Below are positions 12,988 through 28,095 of a stretch of DNA of 64,000 bases, piece by piece; the first letter of the stretch is position 1; every line of letters starts with the position of its first letter. A model generated the notes under the pieces. It was not told where the DNA came from, did no database searches, and saw nothing but the letters and a program-made list of their open reading frames with translations. A program made the translations under genes and the position numbers. Origin of the DNA: Octopus vulgaris (taxonomy: Eukaryota); the NCBI GenBank assembly GCA_951406725.2, contig OX597815.1, positions 169,942,001-170,006,000 on the forward strand. The letters are read 5' to 3'.

Positions 12988-13078
12988 TTTTAGCTGATGA
13001 GTACGGGACACGTTTATATGCTGTAATTTTTGCAACTTTTAATAAAACCTGTCCTTGTATGAAACGATTGTACTAAAA
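12988..13078 (+). ncRNA. Type I hammerhead ribozyme
   Basis: Stem I TTTTAG/CTAAAA, CTGATGA 12994-13000, stem II GTACGGGACA/TGTCCTTGTAT, GAAAC 13061-13065, minimal quasi-palindromic stem III ACGATTGT, cleavage triplet GTA 13070-13072. Confidence 0.85.
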
Positions 13079-13225
13079 ACCTATCCATTCTTGTTGCTTC
13101 ATTCTCGCTTATAATCCCCCCACATTACTGTATTGTTAAATCAGTATAGTTTTTTTTGGTGCATCTAAGTTAGGTACCATATTCAAGTAAATTCATTTAA
13201 ATTAACTTGAATCTTTATTGCTTTT

Positions 13226-13672
<447 letters not shown>

Positions 13673-13704
13673 CATGCCATTCAAGAAGAAAATGCATAGA
13701 TGTA

Positions 13705-13809
<105 letters not shown>

Positions 13810-14162
13810 ATGCGCATTCATTTCATCGAACTAGCTACAATTCTTTCCGAGATCAACCTCCATAAACATACATAGCTATCGCAATCTCTTGGCGAACATT
13901 TCTCGGAGTGCCTACCAATTATCATCAAAAGTTATTCGCACAAGAATGAAAATGAGCAAAAGCAATTTTTTAAAATTTCAAAAAAAAAAAGCTTAAATGA
14001 ACAACTTTGACAAGAAACAGAATCAAGGTTTTCTAACTCAACAATACCGCAACCAGACACACAAATTTATAATTTTAATAAAACAATTATAGGTGTACCT
14101 AAAACAACACATCCCATATTTATACGCGATTATTTACGGATGCTGGGTAAAATCACAAGTCT

Positions 14163-14570
14163 AGAGTGGCTGAGTGGTAAGCAGTTTGCTTACCAACTAC
14201 ATGGTTCCGGGTTCAGTTCCACTGCGTGGCACCTTAGACAAGTGTCTTCTACTATAGCCTCGAATAGACCAAAGCCTTGGGAGTGGATTTGGTAGACGGA
14301 AACTGAAAGAAGCCTGTCGTATATAAACATATACATATATATGTGTGTATGTGTGTGTGTCTGTGTTTGTCCCTCCACCATCGCTTTACAAACGATATTT
14401 GTGTGTTTACGTTCTCGTAAACTAGCGGTTCGGCAAAAGAGACCGATAGAATGCGTACTAGGCTTACAAAGAATAAGTCTTGGGGGTCAATTTCTTCGAC
14501 TAAAAGCTGTGCTCCAGTATGGCCGCAGTCAAATGACTGAAATAAATAAAAGAATAAGAGAATAAAAGAA
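14163..14570 (+). mobile_element. SINE family A, near full length
   Basis: A box TGGCTGAGTGG, B-box-like GGTTCAGTTCC, internal (TA/TG)n, tail ending in (AAGAAT)n. Confidence 0.9.
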
Positions 14571-15559
14571 TAACATTATACAAATCTATTGTCGTAGAAA
14601 TCCATCATGTACGCATAAAAGAATCATAAGATATGGTATCCCTAATCCACACACTAACCTCCCAAAATCCCAACATAGATTCGTACGAGTACACTACAAT
14701 ACTACTGACAACAATAAACAGAAGCCCTCCCGCCAACAGGCTTCTGCACAGTTTCCACCAAGCCAATTTCATTCATAAGACTCTAGGATACTAGTCGGCT
14801 CTAAGAAATGGGAGACAGCATTTCCCCAAGGAAAGAACTCGATCTTGATACCACGTAGTTGCGAAGAGAAAGTCTTCACCACACAACCTTTCAACAATTA
14901 TCCATGGGGAAAAAAAGTCCATCAAATTCAATATATAGCTAAACAAAAATAATCCATAAATATCAGCTTTGTTAATATTAAAGCGAAATCGGTATCATAG
15001 CTATGAATACAATACTATACCAAACAAAATATCAAATGACATTTGCTTATAGCATAACTTAACATATTCTGCTGTGTCATACTATTCACCAATAAATCGT
15101 GCTTGCCACAACACACGATGTACGTCATGTTATTTCCGTATAATTTCACACTATATCATGCCATAAATCATATTTTATTTATCGCTTACATACATATTCT
15201 GAAATATATGGCTTCTAATATATGATACCTAAGCAAGTAATCACACTATAGTAATCAACACCACGCTATATACTTTATATACTACTACACGTTTGCATAA
15301 TATATCGTCTGACATTTATAGATTCTTTCTCTCTATAAATTTATGTCATAGCTCTAAATAAGCTACAATTTCTATGGTGGGTAAAGCGTTGTTACGTATT
15401 TTTGTGGAAACTGCCCCTCTAAGACTAATTATGTTAAATTGATGTGAGATATGTTCCACGCTAACGGGTATATACAGCTCGAAGAAGGTTAATTCTGTAT
15501 TGGGCATTTTGAAATAACTTTTTCTTTGAAAGTTCGTTCTATTAGTTTACATATAATCA

Positions 15560-15878
15560 TCATCATTGTTCGACCGTGGTCGAGACAATGGAATTTCTAT
15601 GCTACGCCAGACTTCACGGTCCATCATAGCATTACGGAGGTCCTGTTGTTGGATGCCTGTATCCCTGGCGATTACATCAGGGTAGGAGAGTGTGCGCCCT
15701 CTGGTATCGCGAGTAGATGGCTTCCAGAGGAGAAGAGGAGAAATAACCTCGCTTTCAGCTCTACAACAATGTCCAGCAATCTGGACTCTCCTACTTTTCA
15801 CAAGAGATGATACAGGCGGTAGTTTCCCATATCTTTGTACTTTGGTTGGATGACGCTTCTACGAGAGAATTTGAGATT
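15560..15878 (-). pseudogene. RTE-type LINE 3' fragment
   Basis: ...RRVQIAGHCCRAESEVISPLLLWKP...RGRTLSYPDVIARD...MMDREVWR followed by a short (GAT)n tail. Confidence 0.8.
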
Positions 15879-15996
15879 TTTACATGTAAAATCGTTGTTC
15901 CTTTGGTACATTCATCTGCTCCATGTTCTTTCATGCCTAATCCGTACGACCATAAGCCGTATCCCTCTGGCCACAGAGCGATTCTGTATTCATGTA

Positions 15997-16049
15997 CCTC
16001 CTGATGAGAGATATATCTATAACTCTCGAAACAGAACATTGCGTAGCGG
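15997..16049 (+). ncRNA. Type I hammerhead-like motif
   Basis: CCTC-CTGATGA-GAGA...TCTC-GAAAC...GTA-GCGG: intact core and stem II, weak stem III, one mismatch in stem I. Confidence 0.6.
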
Positions 16050-16207
16050 AAGACTTACTACTAGGTAAGACCGCACATCACACCTTTATTTTGTGTATCA
16101 GAAGTTCACCGTTTTCTTTCATTCTTTCACTGTACAGACATGATGTCGTAGCCACGAATAATTCATAATTTATATCAACATTTAGTGAACAATTTTCGTG
16201 AAAAATA

Positions 16208-16441
16208 ACTATTTCTTTACTACCCACAAGAGGCTAAACACAGAGAGGACAATCAAGGACAGACAAACGGATTAAGTCGATTATATCGACCCCAGTGCAT
16301 AACTGGTACTTAATTTATCGAACACGAAAGGATGAAAGGCAAAGTCGACCTCGGTGGAATTTGAACTCAGTACGTAACGGCAGACGAAATACAGCTACGC
16401 ATTTCAGCCGGCGTGCTAACGTTTCTGCCACCTCGCCGCCT
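16208..16441 (-). mobile_element. SINE family B copy
   Basis: GAAAGGATGAAAGGCAAAGTCGACCTCGGTGGAATTTGAACTCAG. Confidence 0.9.
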
Positions 16442-16605
16442 TTCCGTGAAAAATACCACTCTAAGATTAATTATGGTGTACCCTGGGAGGATGGTTGATA
16501 AATTGTATATCGAGGGAAGAAGCGGTATTTTACGTTTCGGGACTGATACTTCGTATGAGAGAAATTATATTTTTAACAAAGGTTTTTAGGAAGAAGTGAT
16601 AATAG

Positions 16606-17165
<560 letters not shown>

Positions 17166-17867
17166 ATTCATATACGATTGCTCATATGTATTTGTGTGTG
17201 AGTGAGCGTGTGCATTCATCGTTCATATGTAAATTAATACACAAGAATTTAAATTATACCCATGCGTGCATATATGAGTGTGCACATGGGCAGTAATTTA
17301 CATTCTTGAAAATTAATCTCCGCATAAACGATGAACATACAAATACGTTTTTTTTTTATTTTTAATATTTTGAAAACCAAATGTCAATGCTGACGCCGAA
17401 GACATAAACGAGAACGAATAAAATGTGAGCTAAATCCGAGCAACTGAATAACGTTTAATCTGTTTCCACTGGCTCGATCTAAAAAGAAAACTAAATATTA
17501 TTTTCAAATTAAGAAATGTCATTTGTATCGCCATAGAGATGATACATTGTACATTTTACTCATATAAGACCTGTAGCACGCTCAAGAGATTAAATATAGT
17601 CTGTTTATTATGTAAGGATATGATGTACTGTTTTAGAATGATCTGCTTTGAACTGAATTAGCGATACCAGAAGCACATATAGCTTGCTATGTGCTCTGAG
17701 TCATGCATACGTTAAATAAGCATATGTTTGCTATGATTGGTCGGCTCGATGATAAAGTCCTTTACGTTCTGAATCCGAATCTCATTAAGTTAGACTTTGC
17801 CTTTTATCCTTCTGCGGACTGATAAGGTGAAGTACTAGATTTCCTTATGATCGCCAATATCCACAAA

Positions 17868-18105
17868 AAGAAGAAGGAGGAGGGGAGGGGAGGATAAGTT
17901 AGGAGGAGGAGGAGGAGAAGAAGAAGAAGAAGAAGAAGAAGAAGAAGAAGAAGAAGAAGAAGAAGAAGAAGAAGAAGAAGAAGATGAAGAAGAAGAAGAT
18001 GAAGAAGAAGAAGAAGGAGGAGGAGGAGGCGGAGGAGGAAATCAAGAAGAAGAAAATCAAGCAGAAGATGAAGATCAAGCAGAAGTTGAAGAAGAAGAAG
18101 AAGAT
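17868..18105. repeat. (GAA/GGA)n polypurine microsatellite
   Basis: Directly visible. Confidence 0.95.
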
Positions 18106-18329
18106 GTTAGAAGTAATATGAAAATACAGCGAAATGCTAATTAGGATATGTTAAATCACCACCCATTCATTAAGAATATATATCTAGGCTTTAAAAATAT
18201 ACAAGCCATTTCTTGTTTTAGTTATCAGGATAGCAAAAATAAATAAATAAAAAAATATTAAAAAACCCTAGAAAAAGCGAAAAACAAAACAAAAAAAAAC
18301 ATCTTGCATTCGCTTGATATGCCAGAAAT

Positions 18330-18850
18330 GTTCTTTCTAATTTTGGCAAAAGGTCAGGAATTTTAGAGGAGGGAGATAAGTCGATTACATCGCCCTCAGT
18401 GCTTGACTGGTACTTTTCATCCGAAAGGATGAAAGGCAAAGACGATCTCGGAGGGATCTGAATTCAGACGTAAAGAGCTGCAAGAAATGCCACAAAGCAT
18501 TTTGTGCAGCGTGCTAACGAGTCTGCCAGCTGGTCGCCAAATATGTCTTAGAACATCATCCTTTCAGCTACTGCTCTGAAATGGGTGACTATAGAACATC
18601 AGTGAATATGGATATGATATACCAGAAAAGAAATGTTGATGGTCAAACCTGGAACGACGGTCAAAATTGGAACATTCAACACAGTAACGTATAGGGGTGA
18701 TTGTGTGGTATGAAGTTTGCTTTCCAACCACAGGGTTCCGAATTCAGTCCCACTGCGTTCCACATTGGGCAAATACCTTGTACTATAGTCCTGAACCGAC
18801 CAAAGCTTTCTGAGTGGATTTGATAGACAGAAACTGAAAGAAGCCTGCAT

Positions 18851-18936
<86 letters not shown>

Positions 18937-19165
18937 TGTGCTTGTGTGTGTGTGCTTGTGTTTGTCCCCCACCACCGCTTATAAACTGGTGTTAGTTTGT
19001 TTACGTTTCCATAACTTAGCGTTTCGGCAAAAGATACTGGTAGAATGAGTGCTAGATTTTAAAAGATAAGTCCTGGGGTCGATTTGTTCGAGTAAAAGAC
19101 AAAAACAAAGAAAAGCTTCAGCATTGTGCCTCAAAGTCCAAAGATTGAAACAAGAAAAAGATAAA
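18330..19165. mobile_element. SINE B (minus, 18330-18540) and SINE A (plus, 18693-19165)
   Basis: Family modules as in the other copies, diverged. Confidence 0.8.
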
Positions 19166-19352
19166 TGATATTACACATATATTACGTATATAACGCAAAA
19201 ATCCCTTCTAGATTGCAATAGTGAATAAAATAAAATTCAAAAATGTATTCTTTCTTTGCTGCCCAGCACCAAAGGATTTATGGTCTGGTACTGGTCCAGA
19301 ATCCGGCGGCTGAAGACCCCTGATCTACAATATAACGAACAGTACATGCTTA

Positions 19353-19643
19353 AACATAACTTTTATATAACTAAATTCTTCGTCATCACAGTAGGTATTC
19401 ATATTACTCTATTACATAAAATCAATAGAAGTGGACAACATAACTTTTATATAACTAAAATTATCGTTATCACAGGAGATACTCATTGCTATATTACAAA
19501 AAAATCAATACTGTAATACTTAATTGCTATCAATAGAAATGGGAAATATAATTTTTATACAAGTAAAAGCATCGTTATCACAGGAGACATTACATAAAAA
19601 CATTATCATAGAACTCCTAGTTATTATCAATAGAAGTAGACAG
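19353..19643. repeat. Three diverged tandem units of ~86-107 bp
   Basis: ACATAACTTTTATATAACTAAA...CGTTATCACAG...TCAATAGAAG recurs three times. Confidence 0.75.
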
Positions 19644-20729
19644 CCCAAATTTTGATCAAGGTATCGTAGTATACATAACATCGTTCATTAGATATAGATT
19701 CTATAAATGACTCTCCAACGCCACTGTAAACATTCAAAAGAATAAACTAGGAATACGAAAAGCACTGTTATAGATACATGTCATCACCAAAGTCTTCAAT
19801 TTGCTTACATTCGACTAATTCGTTTGCTAGTAAGTGGTCACCAGATTTGCTAAGAACACCAGTTAATCGCTTTCAAACCACACCTCACTGTCGAAAGAAG
19901 GACATTTGATACATCATTGGTTAACGGGTCTGTTTCACTGGGTTATTTACTATATCTACGATGCATTTATGCACTATTAATCGTCTTTATTTGTTTATAT
20001 TTCAATGTATACAATATACCCTAGCACCAAACAATACTGATTACCAACAGGTAGAATTAAGATTCGAAAAATTTACCAACACTGCCATCGCTATTATTGA
20101 CGGTGCTATATAAAACTCCTGTGTATCGGGCAGACCAAAGCCTCTTGAGTGGATTTGGTAGACGGAAACTGAAACTGATGGTGTATGGTTAGGTATACGA
20201 GGTATGTGTAAGTATGTGCGTGTGTCTGTGCGCGTACCTGTGTGTATGTCTGTATATATGTATGTATGTATGTACATGTGTGTGTGTCTTTGTGTCTGTG
20301 TTCGCCCCCCACTACCGCTTGACAACCAGTGTTGGTGTGTTTACGTCCCCGACAAAAATACCACATAAAATAAGTACCAGGCTTCACAAAATATAAGTAC
20401 TGCGGTCGATTCATGCGACTAAAAATTCCTCAAGGCGGTGCCCCAGCATGGACGCAGTCTAATGACTGAAGCAAATAAACGATAAAAGATATATATATCT
20501 TGTTTGTATGATTAGGTTAACGACTACAATTGTATGAGCTAGAGCTCCATGTAGATTATCATTATCCAGTCGGCTTCTAGTATAGTGGTTAGTCTCCCAC
20601 AGTACTTAGTGGTATTGCTAGTTATGATATATAGAGCATATTTAGTGGAAAATTAAAATGAACACTAGTATAAATATTTAGTTTCTACCTAGGTTTCTCC
20701 ATTGCAGTTGACTGGGACGTATATGTATG

Positions 20730-20767
<38 letters not shown>

Positions 20768-21356
20768 CATACACATATACGTACACACACACTTATATCT
20801 GTATATGGGTGTGTGTATGTATCTCTCTCTCTCTCTCTCTCTCTCTGTATATATATATATATATATATATATAGGCATATATATGTGTATGCATGTATGC
20901 TTATACAAACGCTTCTATCAAACACATTTCCAAACTCATTCACACACGCAGACACACACACACACACACACACACTCACACATACACTCACACAGACACA
21001 CACACACATGCGCACACGCTCACACACAAAACGCAAAAAAGGGGACAGGAATAAAAAAAAAACATAGATTCGTACGTTCACAGTCGAGATCAGAAGACAC
21101 AAAAGCCCCAGGGAAATGACTAAATTACAAGTTCACACCTAAAACATATCAATAACATGACGAACATATTGCATTAGCCAATTTGCCGATATCTTCTATT
21201 GATATCAAAATTACCAAACCCCATGAATCCAGAAAGTAGGTAAAATTATTATGATATATTTCAAGGCTTATAGCATTTCAACCTGAGTCATCACTGCTAG
21301 GTGCGCTTTAATATATCCAATAAAAGTTTACCGTTGATATCACCAACACGTACATA

Positions 21357-22594
21357 CTAGGTGGTGTCAAAAGGCTTCCGGACTAGTTATGTTTAATAAA
21401 AAAAAATAACTTATTTACCTTAAATTTTAACATCATCTCCTTCGAAATAGTCACCTCACGCAGCACTGCATCGGCTCCAGCGTTCCTATTGCTTTTGGAA
21501 TCCGGCCTAGAAATCGTTTTCCGTAAGCGAGTCGAGGAGCTTCTGCGATTCGCTCTTGATCTTGACAACAGTGTTAAAATGGCAACCTTTGAAGTGCCTT
21601 TTCATCTTAGGGAAGAGATGGGAATCGGCAGGTGCTAAATCTGGCGAATAGGGCGGGTGCGGAGGGATACCATGTTGTTTTTTGGTGGCAAACTCACGAG
21701 TTAGGAGAGCTCGGTGACAGGGTGCATTGTCGTTGTAAAGAACCCAATTCTCTGTAGATGTTAGGATTGCCTGCACGGCAATATATAATTTGAAATCTAA
21801 CGATGTATCATTATGAAAGGTAGTCAAGGCGGCGCGCTAGCAGAACACTCTAGACAAAATGATTAGGCGGCATTTTATCAGGCTCTTTACGTTCTGAGTT
21901 CAAATGCCGCCGAGACTGACATTTTCTTTCATCCTTCTAGAATTGGTAAAATAAGCACCAATTGAGCACTGGGTCCAATATAATCGATTGCCCCATCCTT
22001 CAAAATTCCTAGTCTTGGCTGCAAACACACGAGTGAGGAGGGTGAATTGTCATTGTAAAGAACCCAATTCTTCGTAGATGTTAGGATTGCCTGCACGGAC
22101 GCATACAACAGACCACCAGCAGCAGCAGCAGCAGCAATGCTGTTGATTGTCCTCCAGCGATGCTGACGATTTTTCTCCACATTTCTGGGGGTGGCGCTCG
22201 TAGCAAGTCTTCGAGATCGTTCATTATCTTCCAGGAACGTTCTTCCGCATTCGAAGCGCCCGTGCCACTTGAAACATTGCGTATGACCCACCGCCTCATC
22301 GCTGCAAGCTTACCGAAGCATGCTTAATGTCTCTGTAGCAGACTTCCCAAGTTCAACGCAAAATTTCATTTTGACTCTTTGTTCCAATTTCCTGTCCATG
22401 GTAAAAATCGCAGACTACAGCATATACGTGATCACAAAAACACAAATTTCATAACTTGCAAAGTAAACACAGCGATGTCACTCGGCACGCTGCCTCATGA
22501 AGGTCACTGCTAGCTCTCATTGCGCATAAAACCGTGTGCTGCCATCTGTTGGCACTCTACAGAACTAATCCGGGAACTTATTGATACCACCTCG
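21357..22594 (-). mobile_element. Decayed mariner element with TIRs and TA target-site duplication
   Basis: TIRs CTAGGTGGTGTCAAAAGGCTTCCGGACTAGTT and AACTAATCCGGGAACTTATTGATACCACCTCG, TA on both sides; peptides DNAPCH and HPPYSPDLAPAD; internal deletion plus an insertion. Confidence 0.9.
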
Positions 22595-23549
22595 TATTCT
22601 TATTATAAATTACTATCTAAATTCAGATCACTACGCTTAATGATTACGCATATCACGAAAGTTAAACGAAAAATATTCGATGGCTCCAGTAACAAGAAAT
22701 AATAAGCAAACTAGAAGGGAACAAAAATTAAGTCGACATGCACTGTCTTAACTCTCATAGGCACGAAGAAATCTCTTGGCTTCAGCCAGTTCGCTAACCA
22801 CTTATACGCAATACTTTTAGGAATAACACAACAGCCAACGGTCAGACCATCCACCCATCCATCTATCCATCCATCAATCCATCCATCTATCGATCCATCC
22901 AGCTATCCATCCATCTATCTATCCATCCATCCATCCATCCATCCATCCATCCATACAGTCATCCAGCGAGCCAGCTAGCGAGCCATCCAGCCAGCTATCC
23001 AGCCAAGCAGGCACTCATTCGGGCAGGCAGCTGGCCATCTTCGTAGTCTAATAACCCTGTGAGGGTTTTGCACTTAGAGCTCTCATACATGTTCTTGTCA
23101 CTAAATATTCCTTCTGGGAAACCAAACGAAGCTATGGCTATTACCCAACCATCTTGCTCGGGATCTATCTTTCAGTTTCCTGCCGGTTAACCTTGTCTGT
23201 TCCTCAGACATTTTAAATATATTTCAAGTTGCCAAGACTATGTAATAAACAACAACAGTAACAGTAGCTGCGACAGCAACAATATCAAAAGTAACAGATC
23301 TAGAATCTCTAACTTCCTGAATGAAGTTTCCTTAGTATCAGACCTTTTAGTCATCCGTTTAAATGTATATGTGTACAGCCTTCCCTTCCGTCCTCAAAAT
23401 GTATATACAACCTCTGACATAGATGGAGTTACAGTCAAGTCATATCCTTCCGCCATTCGTTATAGTTTCACAACCACTCCATCGCTAAAAGAATAATCTA
23501 GAATACGTCACTTAAAAGAGTACCACCTGCTCTGACCTACATTTTTTTG

Positions 23550-23838
23550 TCGCCCTTTTCAAGCCTATCCAGGCTTCCCGGTTTCTGTGGCGTCTGTGTT
23601 CCTCCAAGCTGGACGAGACGCCAGTCCATCGCAGCGTTACTCAAGAAATAGGAAGAGAGAGTGAGAGAAAGTTGTGGCGAAAGAGTACAACAGGGGTCAC
23701 CACTACCCCTGCCGGAACCTCGGCGAGCTTTTAGGTGTTTTCACTCAATAAACACACACAATGTCCGGTCTGGGAATTGAAACGGCGATCCTCCGACCGC
23801 GAGTCCGCTGCACTAACCACTGGGCCATTGCACCTCCA
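23550..23838 (-). mobile_element. SINE family C variant
   Basis: tRNA-like head on the minus strand (GCAATGGCCCAGTGGTTAG...); similar to 47700-47912 and 56528-56787. Confidence 0.85.
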
Positions 23839-24944
23839 CTCTTACCTACATTACTAAAAAGAATTAAATTATTCATCACATTCAGCAACATATTCACACA
23901 CATACAAGAAGTTCCAACCCTGACCACTACGCTCTCTTCTTGAAGATTGCATATCTAGCATATCTAGCACTACTTTATCCATCAATAGGATGTGATTTGA
24001 GATTGAGATTTGGCTGCTATTTCCAGGAGATCGGGCAATCGTGTAGATGGCTTTTCTTTGTAGTAGCAGTATGTGGTGGACCCTATCCGAATATTGTTGA
24101 ATGTTAATAACTAAAGTAGGTTAAATGTTGAATACTGTACCAAAACGGAAGCTAAATTGCAATGCTACAATTTTCATGAGGGTGAGCACTGAATATACTG
24201 TATAGGAGGGGACCTGTGGGGGAAAGATCAAGAGAAAGTCTACGTCATTGGTGAACTGGAATCATTTTAATTCCAGACATAGCTAAATATACTGTAGTTT
24301 ATATTGCTTACGATTTTTCATAGACATCGTAAACTACACCTTGCACCCGCACTCACACACACGCACATATGCACACATGCGTACGAACATTCACACATAT
24401 ACAACCACATGCGTACGAGCATTCACACATGTAAATTTATATAGAAATTCACTATTGATCTTTGTCGTAATCATCATATGTCAACAGCCAAGCAACCAAA
24501 TATTTCATGCAGATATTGCTTGTGATGGTAACGTTGTTGTAATAGAATATCACTGATTGATTGGTAGATCAATACCTATGCTATTTTATAGTATTAGTTT
24601 GTCAACTGAGGCAAGAAATTCCAGTCAACAACTACGTCAAGCAGTAAAAGGTTATGACGTCAAGACCAGTTTTGATAATAGAGGCGTCACTAAAGTATGA
24701 TGATACCACCAACGCGTCAGTCAGAGCAGAGTCAATAGCGTCGATATAACTACCGACAGCCAAACACAAAGTGCATGCACCTCCGTTTTGACGAAGTCGC
24801 TCGTAGATTAAAATAACACTACATCACGATGACGAAAGCATTTCTGATTGTGTGTGTATGCGCGTATTGCATGCGCATGTTAATATATAGGAATGTGCAT
24901 CTATTCTGTGTGCATGTATGTATACATATACGTAAGTATGCTTG

Positions 24945-25014
<70 letters not shown>

Positions 25015-25715
25015 ATTATATATAGATGACGGGCTTCCTCCAATTTCCGTTGCTAAATCAACGCACAAGGCTTTGGTTGGTGAGAGTCTATAGTAGAAAA
25101 CACCCACCCAAGGTGCGACGCAGTGGGATTGAACCCGTAACCATGTGGTTATATATATATGTAGGAGTTTCTCCCGTCGTGAAAAAAAATGAGGGCCATA
25201 TATATATATATAAGAAATTCTATAAGAAATTCTTCAGACAAAGAATTAAAATAACAGAGAATTTACACTTGACTGAAGATTTAATTTATAGTCAACAATG
25301 GATAGTTAGAGTGGAGAAGAAAGAGAAAAATATACGCACGCATGTATAGTTATTGCTGGTTTAGTTGAAGATTAATTGGGTTCCAGAAGAAGTACGATTA
25401 AAGTTATTGCATGCGAGACTGTCCTGTATTTTATTCGGAAATAATGTAACCAGATATATTTATACGAGATATAGTTATCCTTATTTTAGGATTACTTTTG
25501 TAAAATTGCTTTCTTTCCAATCCGGTGGCCTTGGGTTCAGTCTCACTATATGCCATCTTGGGCAATATTTTTCTACTATAATTCTGAGCCGACCAAGAGC
25601 AAAGCCTTGCGCGTGGTTTTGCAGACGAAGCCCTATATATATATGTGTGTGTGTGTGTATATGTGTGTGTGTGAGCAACGTGAAATAAAGTGTCTTGCTC
25701 AAGGACACAACGCGT

Positions 25716-26145
<430 letters not shown>

Positions 26146-26766
26146 TTCATTCTCCATCTTATTTGCTGATGAAAAAATTGAGAAAAATCTTAGAAAAACA
26201 ACAAACTGTCAAAACCATAAGGTAGTGCAAAACACTAAAATTCATTCTCACTGGATCAAAAATGCACAAAGAAACTCCTAACTCAACTGCGATACTCACC
26301 GTTACCTAATTGAGGGGCCAGAATTTAAATTCAAAGTTGGCCAAACTTTCAAAGTAAGGTCTAAGCTCACCTGCAATACGGAAAACCTGATCTACGTAAT
26401 TACATGCAATGTTTGAAAACGGGCGGATCGTTACGCAACAGAATGACGACCCATCGCCAACAGATCGTTTAAGCAGCCATATTGCAACTTGTGCAGGAGA
26501 GGTTTTAGCAATTTTCAAAATTTTTCCGATCTACAAGTGCTCATATTCCTTCAACGAACAACAAAGACTAATTAAAGAAAGACAATTAAATTAAATATAC
26601 AATTTATTATAGACCCAACCACAACCAATAAATAAGAGACACTTAAAAAACAATTTTATACATATTATTTTGAAAAATACTTTCCATCATTTCCTAAATC
26701 TTTTTTCCAATATATATATATGCCTGCACACAGACATACGCACACTTTCACACACACACACACACA

Positions 26767-26804
<38 letters not shown>

Positions 26805-27424
26805 TACACACACTTTCACACAAATGAAAACATCCCAAAAATCACACTCAAACACACAAAAATACACACACATACACACAAAAGAAAACATCACAAAAAA
26901 CAGCACATACATACAAACGCGCACACACAAACGCACACATACAAAAGAAAACATCACAAAAGCATACACACACACACACACACCCATCATCGCAGCTGGT
27001 CACATTCAAAACATATTGAAGGGACGTTCAACACAGTACACACACGCACACACACACACAAATACACAGACACAGGTGGACATAAAATCAATTCAATAAA
27101 TGCTCTTTAGGCACTTCCTTGGCAGGAACACACAAAGATTTCTTTTAGAGACAAGAGTCAACTACACTCTCTAACACTGAACGCTAAACCAAACTATATT
27201 TACAGAAGACTTCAGCGAAAAATTAAAAAAAAAGAATTTTACTGATATTTGATGAGAATCATCGAAACCGGTAATAACTTCTTTATATAATTTTAAAAAT
27301 CATTTTTTATTAAATTCACTCTTAAATTGAAATGTCTTAGACTTATTTCTGTGCTATGTCCACCTCCATCCTTTATATATAAAAATTTGATTCGTATAGA
27401 TCTCTAATCTTTTTTCACCTATGC
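26146..27424 (+). mobile_element. Penelope-like element relic (Neptune-type GIY-YIG remnant, CA-rich 3' region, degenerate hammerhead)
   Basis: GPEFKFKVGQTFKVRSKLTCNTENLIYVITC at about 26320-26410 and FKIFPIYKC...QRLIKE; TTGATGA-GA..TC-GAAAC-CG-GTA at 27244-27278. Confidence 0.7.
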
Positions 27425-27427
27425 ACA

Positions 27428-27506
<79 letters not shown>

Positions 27507-27512
<6 letters not shown>

Positions 27513-27988
27513 GAAAGAATGGAATTGAACGACGACTTAACAAAATTCCTTTATTCTCGACATATGTTTCGAAGACTGCATATTCCTAATTCCGAAGAAA
27601 TAAAGGGTGCATTATGTCGCCTTCTCATCGGCAAAGACAAGGAACTTATGTCAGCATCATGACGAACAAAAACTTTTGTTCGTCATGATGCTGACATAAG
27701 TTCCTTGTCTTTCCTGATGAGAAGGCGACATAATGCACCCTTTATTCCTTCGGAATTAGGAATATGCAGTCTTCGAAACATATGTCGAGAATAAAGGAAT
27801 TTTGTTAAATCGTCGTTCATCTCCATTCTTTCATTTATTTATAGTTAAAAAAAACACACAAATTCCCACACGAAAACACGTGATCTCTGCCCTTGGCATG
27901 TAGCTTCAACCGTGTTTTCTGACGTGAATTTGCTACCCGGGTATCGGTTAACCGAATTATCCATACTAGGATAATTCATTCAACTACT

Positions 27989-27990
<2 letters not shown>
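27507..27990. mobile_element. Fold-back mini-element (PLE/retrozyme-like) in (TA)n
   Basis: 165-bp arms at 27507-27671 and 27674-27838, 2-nt spacer, about 6 mismatches, ~150-bp unique tail, (TA)n on both sides. Confidence 0.9.
27705..27794 (+). ncRNA. Type I hammerhead ribozyme
   Basis: CTGATGA 27714-27720, stem II GAAGGC/GTCTTC, GAAAC 27775-27779, palindromic stem III ACATATGT, cleavage triplet GTC 27784-27786, bulged stem I TTGT(C)TTTC/GAGAATAA. Confidence 0.85.
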
Positions 27991-28064
<74 letters not shown>

Positions 28065-28095
28065 TACATATATGTACATATATATGTATATATAC

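Noticed and set aside
19353-19643. CRISPR-like spacing
   Set aside because: Eukaryotic context; whole units are homologous, with no unique spacers
25380-25430. CAGAAGA...GAGAC-TGTC hammerhead-like string
   Set aside because: Both core boxes are mutated and stem I is not supported
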